Below, in pieces: positions 25,319 through 27,991 of a DNA stretch of 27,991 bases (positions are counted from its first letter, which is position 1; each line of letters opens with the position of its first letter). The position numbers and the translations under genes were made by a program. The stretch is taken from NCBI GenBank assembly GCA_938091275.1, contig CALKMY010000058.1, positions 1 through 27,991 of the forward strand. The letters run 5' to 3'. This DNA comes from Candidatus Nanopelagicales bacterium (GTDB lineage Bacteria; Actinomycetota; Actinomycetes; S36-B12). The notes under the pieces were generated by a model, which saw only the letters and a list, made by a program, of their open reading frames with translations, was not told where the DNA came from and did not search any database.

Positions 25319-26728
25319 GTGCCAAAGTCCAAGCCCTCGTTCGCCTGTTCTGCCTGTGGGGCGACCGCGCTGCGTTGGACGGGCAAGTGCGTGAAGTGCG
25401 GTGAGTTCGGCACGGTCGCCGAGGTAGCGTCCGTCGCGCCGATTCCGGGCCGTCGAGCGTCCACCAGCGGCACAGCGCCTCTCACCCCCGCCCGCTCGGT
25501 ATCTGCTGTCACCGCCACCGGTCCGGTGGCGCGGATGAGTACCGGCGTAGGCGAATTCGATCGAGTGCTCGGCGGTGGTCTGGTGGCCGGTCAGGTGCTG
25601 CTCGTCAGCGGTGAGCCGGGCGCTGGCAAGAGCACCCTGCTGCTTGACGTCGCGAACGCCATCGCTGCGAGTACCGGTCGCGCCGCACTGTATGTATCCG
25701 GTGAGGAGAGCGTCGACCAGATCGCCGTGCGGGCATCACGAATAGGTGTCGACGACGAGCACCTGTATCTCGCAGACGAAACAGATCTCGCGAATGTCAT
25801 CGGACACATCGACGCGCTCGGCTCGGATCTGTCTCTCGTCATCGTCGACTCCGTTCAAACCATCGCCTCGGCAGACGTGGATGGACGGGCTGGAGGCGTT
25901 GCGCAGGTCATGGAGGTGGCGCACGCGCTGACGCGAGTAGCCAAAGCGCGCGGAATCCCGGTCTGCCTCGTCGGTCAAGTGACGAAAGAATCCACCGTGG
26001 CCGGGCCGCGGGCTCTCGAGCACATCTGTGACGCGACGCTCTCCCTCGAGGGTGATCGACACACATCTCTGCGACTGCTGCGGGCGGTGAAGAATCGTTA
26101 CGGCCCCGCCGACGAGGTTGCATGCTTCGAGCAAACCGACGGTGGCCTGCGCGAAGTGGTCGACCCCAGCATGCTCTTTCGAGAAGATCGTCGATCTCCC
26201 GTCCCCGGCACGTGCATCACCGTCACCATCGAAGGCCGCCGGGCCATGCTGGCGGAGGTGCAATCCCTCGTTGCCCCCACCACCAATCCGAACCCACGCC
26301 GCGGAGTGTCCGGTTTGGACTCGTCGCGAGTTGCCATGCTCGTCGCCATCACCGAGCGGGTAGCCGGCTTGAAGCTCGCCGACAAAGACGTGTTCGTGGC
26401 AACCGTCGGAGGAATCCGGCTTGTCGATCCGAGTACTGACCTGGCGACGTGCTTAGCAATCGGATCCGCCGCCAACGATGCCCCTCTGCCGCTCGATATT
26501 GCCGCCATCGGTGAGGTCACACTGTCTGGAGATGTTCGCCGGGTGCCGATGGTCGGTCAGCGCATAGCGGAGGCCATTCGGTTGGGCTACGCCCGCGTTC
26601 TCGCACCCATTGGCGCGACGGCCGCACTCGAGTCGCGCACGTCGGACGTGGAAATCATCGAGGTTCGCGACCTAGCACAGGCATTCGCCTTTCTGTCGGG
26701 AATGCGTGAGCCTGACCCGACCTTCTAG
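25319..26728 (+). CDS. radA: DNA repair protein RadA/Sms
   Basis: C4 zinc finger (CSAC..CVKC), Walker A GEPGAGKST, Walker B DSVQT, KNRYG, Lon-like C-terminus. Start moved to GTG 25319. Confidence 0.96.
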   Translation: MPKSKPSFACSACGATALRWTGKCVKCGEFGTVAEVASVAPIPGRRASTSGTAPLTPARSVSAVTATGPVARMSTGVGEFDRVLGGGLVAGQVLLVSGEPGAGKSTLLLDVANAIAASTGRAALYVSGEESVDQIAVRASRIGVDDEHLYLADETDLANVIGHIDALGSDLSLVIVDSVQTIASADVDGRAGGVAQVMEVAHALTRVAKARGIPVCLVGQVTKESTVAGPRALEHICDATLSLEGDRHTSLRLLRAVKNRYGPADEVACFEQTDGGLREVVDPSMLFREDRRSPVPGTCITVTIEGRRAMLAEVQSLVAPTTNPNPRRGVSGLDSSRVAMLVAITERVAGLKLADKDVFVATVGGIRLVDPSTDLATCLAIGSAANDAPLPLDIAAIGEVTLSGDVRRVPMVGQRIAEAIRLGYARVLAPIGATAALESRTSDVEIIEVRDLAQAFAFLSGMREPDPTF

Positions 26729-27366
26729 TTTTTCCTGTTACTCAAGGCAAACGCCGTGCCATCGCTCGTGACTTTGAGGTTCCTACCGACCACCTCATAG
26801 CGACCAGCCTTGGCCTTCCTGCCCTTGCCTTCGTCCGGGCATCCCTTCTGACTCAGTCGGCTGTTCCAGGTCAGTGTCGACACCGCTTGTTTTCCGGGGG
26901 CCATCAACGTTCTGTTCGACTCATCGCTGGTGGAACAGTCGTCACTCGACCACACGTGATACCCGCCGGAGGTGATCTCCAACTCGTTCGCCTTCGGCCC
27001 GATATCCCGGAAGCAGGGAACGTCTCCGACATTGGTGATCGTGAGCGTGAGAATCGGATCTTGCTGCCCGACGCGATACGTCGAGGAGTCCGTTGTTGCC
27101 GTGACCTCAATAGCCGAATCGAGGCATTCGGTTGGCTCTGCAGGTGTAGCCAGTGCCTCTTCAGTTGGTGCGGACCCATCGTCTTCGAGCACCTCGGTCT
27201 CCTCGGCGGCGACCTCGGTCGACGTATCCGGCGTGGCTGCGCTTCGAGATCCGAGGAACCACCAGCCACCCAGCACCAGGGTGACGACGACGAGAAGCAG
27301 GGCTCCCCTGCGGACCCAGTACACGACGGGTGGCTCGGGTCCCACGGGTTGCATCAGGCCGGACAT
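26725..27366 (-). CDS. Conserved membrane-anchored protein (Rv3587c-like)
   Basis: 'PVGP-PP-VYW-RR' followed by one TM helix, an acidic linker and a 4-Cys extracytoplasmic domain. ATG 27366 has TAACGT 7 nt upstream. Confidence 0.8.
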   Translation of the reverse strand: MSGLMQPVGPEPPVVYWVRRGALLLVVVTLVLGGWWFLGSRSAATPDTSTEVAAEETEVLEDDGSAPTEEALATPAEPTECLDSAIEVTATTDSSTYRVGQQDPILTLTITNVGDVPCFRDIGPKANELEITSGGYHVWSSDDCSTSDESNRTLMAPGKQAVSTLTWNSRLSQKGCPDEGKGRKAKAGRYEVVGRNLKVTSDGTAFALSNRKN

Positions 27367-27373
27367 GTTGTCC

Positions 27374-27379
27374 ACGTTA
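27374..27379 (-). promoter_or_regulatory. Putative -10 element (TAACGT), leaderless Rv3587c-like gene
   Basis: TANNNT + 7 nt + ATG 27366. Confidence 0.55.
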
Positions 27380-27415
27380 CTGCGACGTTCGCTCTCCCAT
27401 GGAACGATCCGTACC

Positions 27416-27991
27416 GTGGCGCACAACACACGTCGGGTCGCCAGCGTGTGCTCCTGGTTTGATGACAACGCCCGCCCCCTCCCCTGGCGGAACTCCACCC
27501 CCTGGGGGGTTGTCGTGTCCGAGTTCATGCTCCAGCAGACACCGGTACATCGAGTCGAGCCCGTCTGGCAGGACTGGATGGCGCGCTGGCCCACGCCGCA
27601 GGCTCTGGCCTCGGAGCCTTCGGGTGAGGCGGTTCGGGCGTGGGGACGATTGGGCTACCCGCGGCGGGCACTTCGCCTGCACGCGACCGCCCGACAGATC
27701 ACCGATCAACACGGCGGTCGCGTTCCTTCCAGCGATGAAGCACTTCGTGCGCTCCCGGGCGTCGGGGAATACACAGCTGCTGCCATTCGTGCCTTCGCAT
27801 TCGGGCTCGAATCCATCGTGCTGGACGTTAACGTGCGTCGAGTCATCTCTCGAGCCTGGAGCGGAATCGACGAGCCACCATCCCACTTGAGTGCCGTCGA
27901 GCGCACGTTGGCGAAATCACTGGCCACCGCGGCCGATGATCCTTCTGCATGGGCAGCCGCCAGCATGGAACTCGGGGCCATCGTGTGCACG
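27416..27991 (+). CDS. mutY: A/G-specific adenine glycosylase (3'-truncated by the window edge)
   Basis: Hand translation: WFDDNARPLPWR, VSEFMLQQTPV, WGRLGYPRRALRLH, HhH LPGVGEYTAAA, LDVNVRRV, MELGAIVCT. Absent from the ORF track because there is no stop in the window. Confidence 0.95.
   Translation, partial: MAHNTRRVASVCSWFDDNARPLPWRNSTPWGVVVSEFMLQQTPVHRVEPVWQDWMARWPTPQALASEPSGEAVRAWGRLGYPRRALRLHATARQITDQHGGRVPSSDEALRALPGVGEYTAAAIRAFAFGLESIVLDVNVRRVISRAWSGIDEPPSHLSAVERTLAKSLATAADDPSAWAAASMELGAIVCT

Noticed and set aside
27367-27594. ORF-track extension of the Rv3587c-like gene
   Set aside because: Antisense to the mutY 5' end. The leaderless ATG 27366 fits better.
1-27991. tRNA, rRNA, CRISPR arrays, IS elements, integrases, riboswitches
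   Set aside because: None recognised. Intergenic gaps of 144 bp or less leave little room, and the excisionase-like HTH gene sits in a conserved housekeeping context with no integrase nearby. An Infernal/Rfam scan of the four gaps over 100 bp would be the decisive test.

Overview
GC-rich, very tightly packed actinobacterial core-genome region with about 29 protein-coding genes. No rRNA, tRNA, CRISPR array or mobile element was seen. In order it contains: (1) the classical menaquinone pathway (menF, menD, menC, menB, menE, menA); (2) DUF4229 and PLDc_N small membrane proteins; (3) a system II cytochrome c maturation operon (histidine phosphatase-resA-ccdA-resB-ccsA); (4) rex coupled directly to a CobA/HemD fusion, with a Rex operator upstream; (5) glutaredoxin-like, HAD-IB phosphatase, acyltransferase, NAD-dependent epimerase, ribosomal protein bS22 (missing from the ORF track) and an excisionase-like HTH gene; (6) a ppx-ctpE-TIM barrel-tetR-proC operon; (7) a Cys-rich conserved protein, radA, a membrane-anchored protein and a 3'-truncated mutY (also missing from the ORF track). 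The most notable signal is what is absent. The familiar actinobacterial rex-hemA-hemC-hemD-hemB...hemL-phosphatase-resA neighbourhood has no hemA, hemC, hemB or hemL and no remnants of them. An intact hemD fusion remains, translationally coupled to rex and carrying a histone-H1-like Lys/Ala/Pro N-terminal tail. disA is likewise absent after radA. Most operon heads look leaderless (TANNNT + 6-7 nt + start codon). Comparisons to Mycobacterium/Streptomyces are from memory, not from searches, and absence from this window does not prove absence from the genome.
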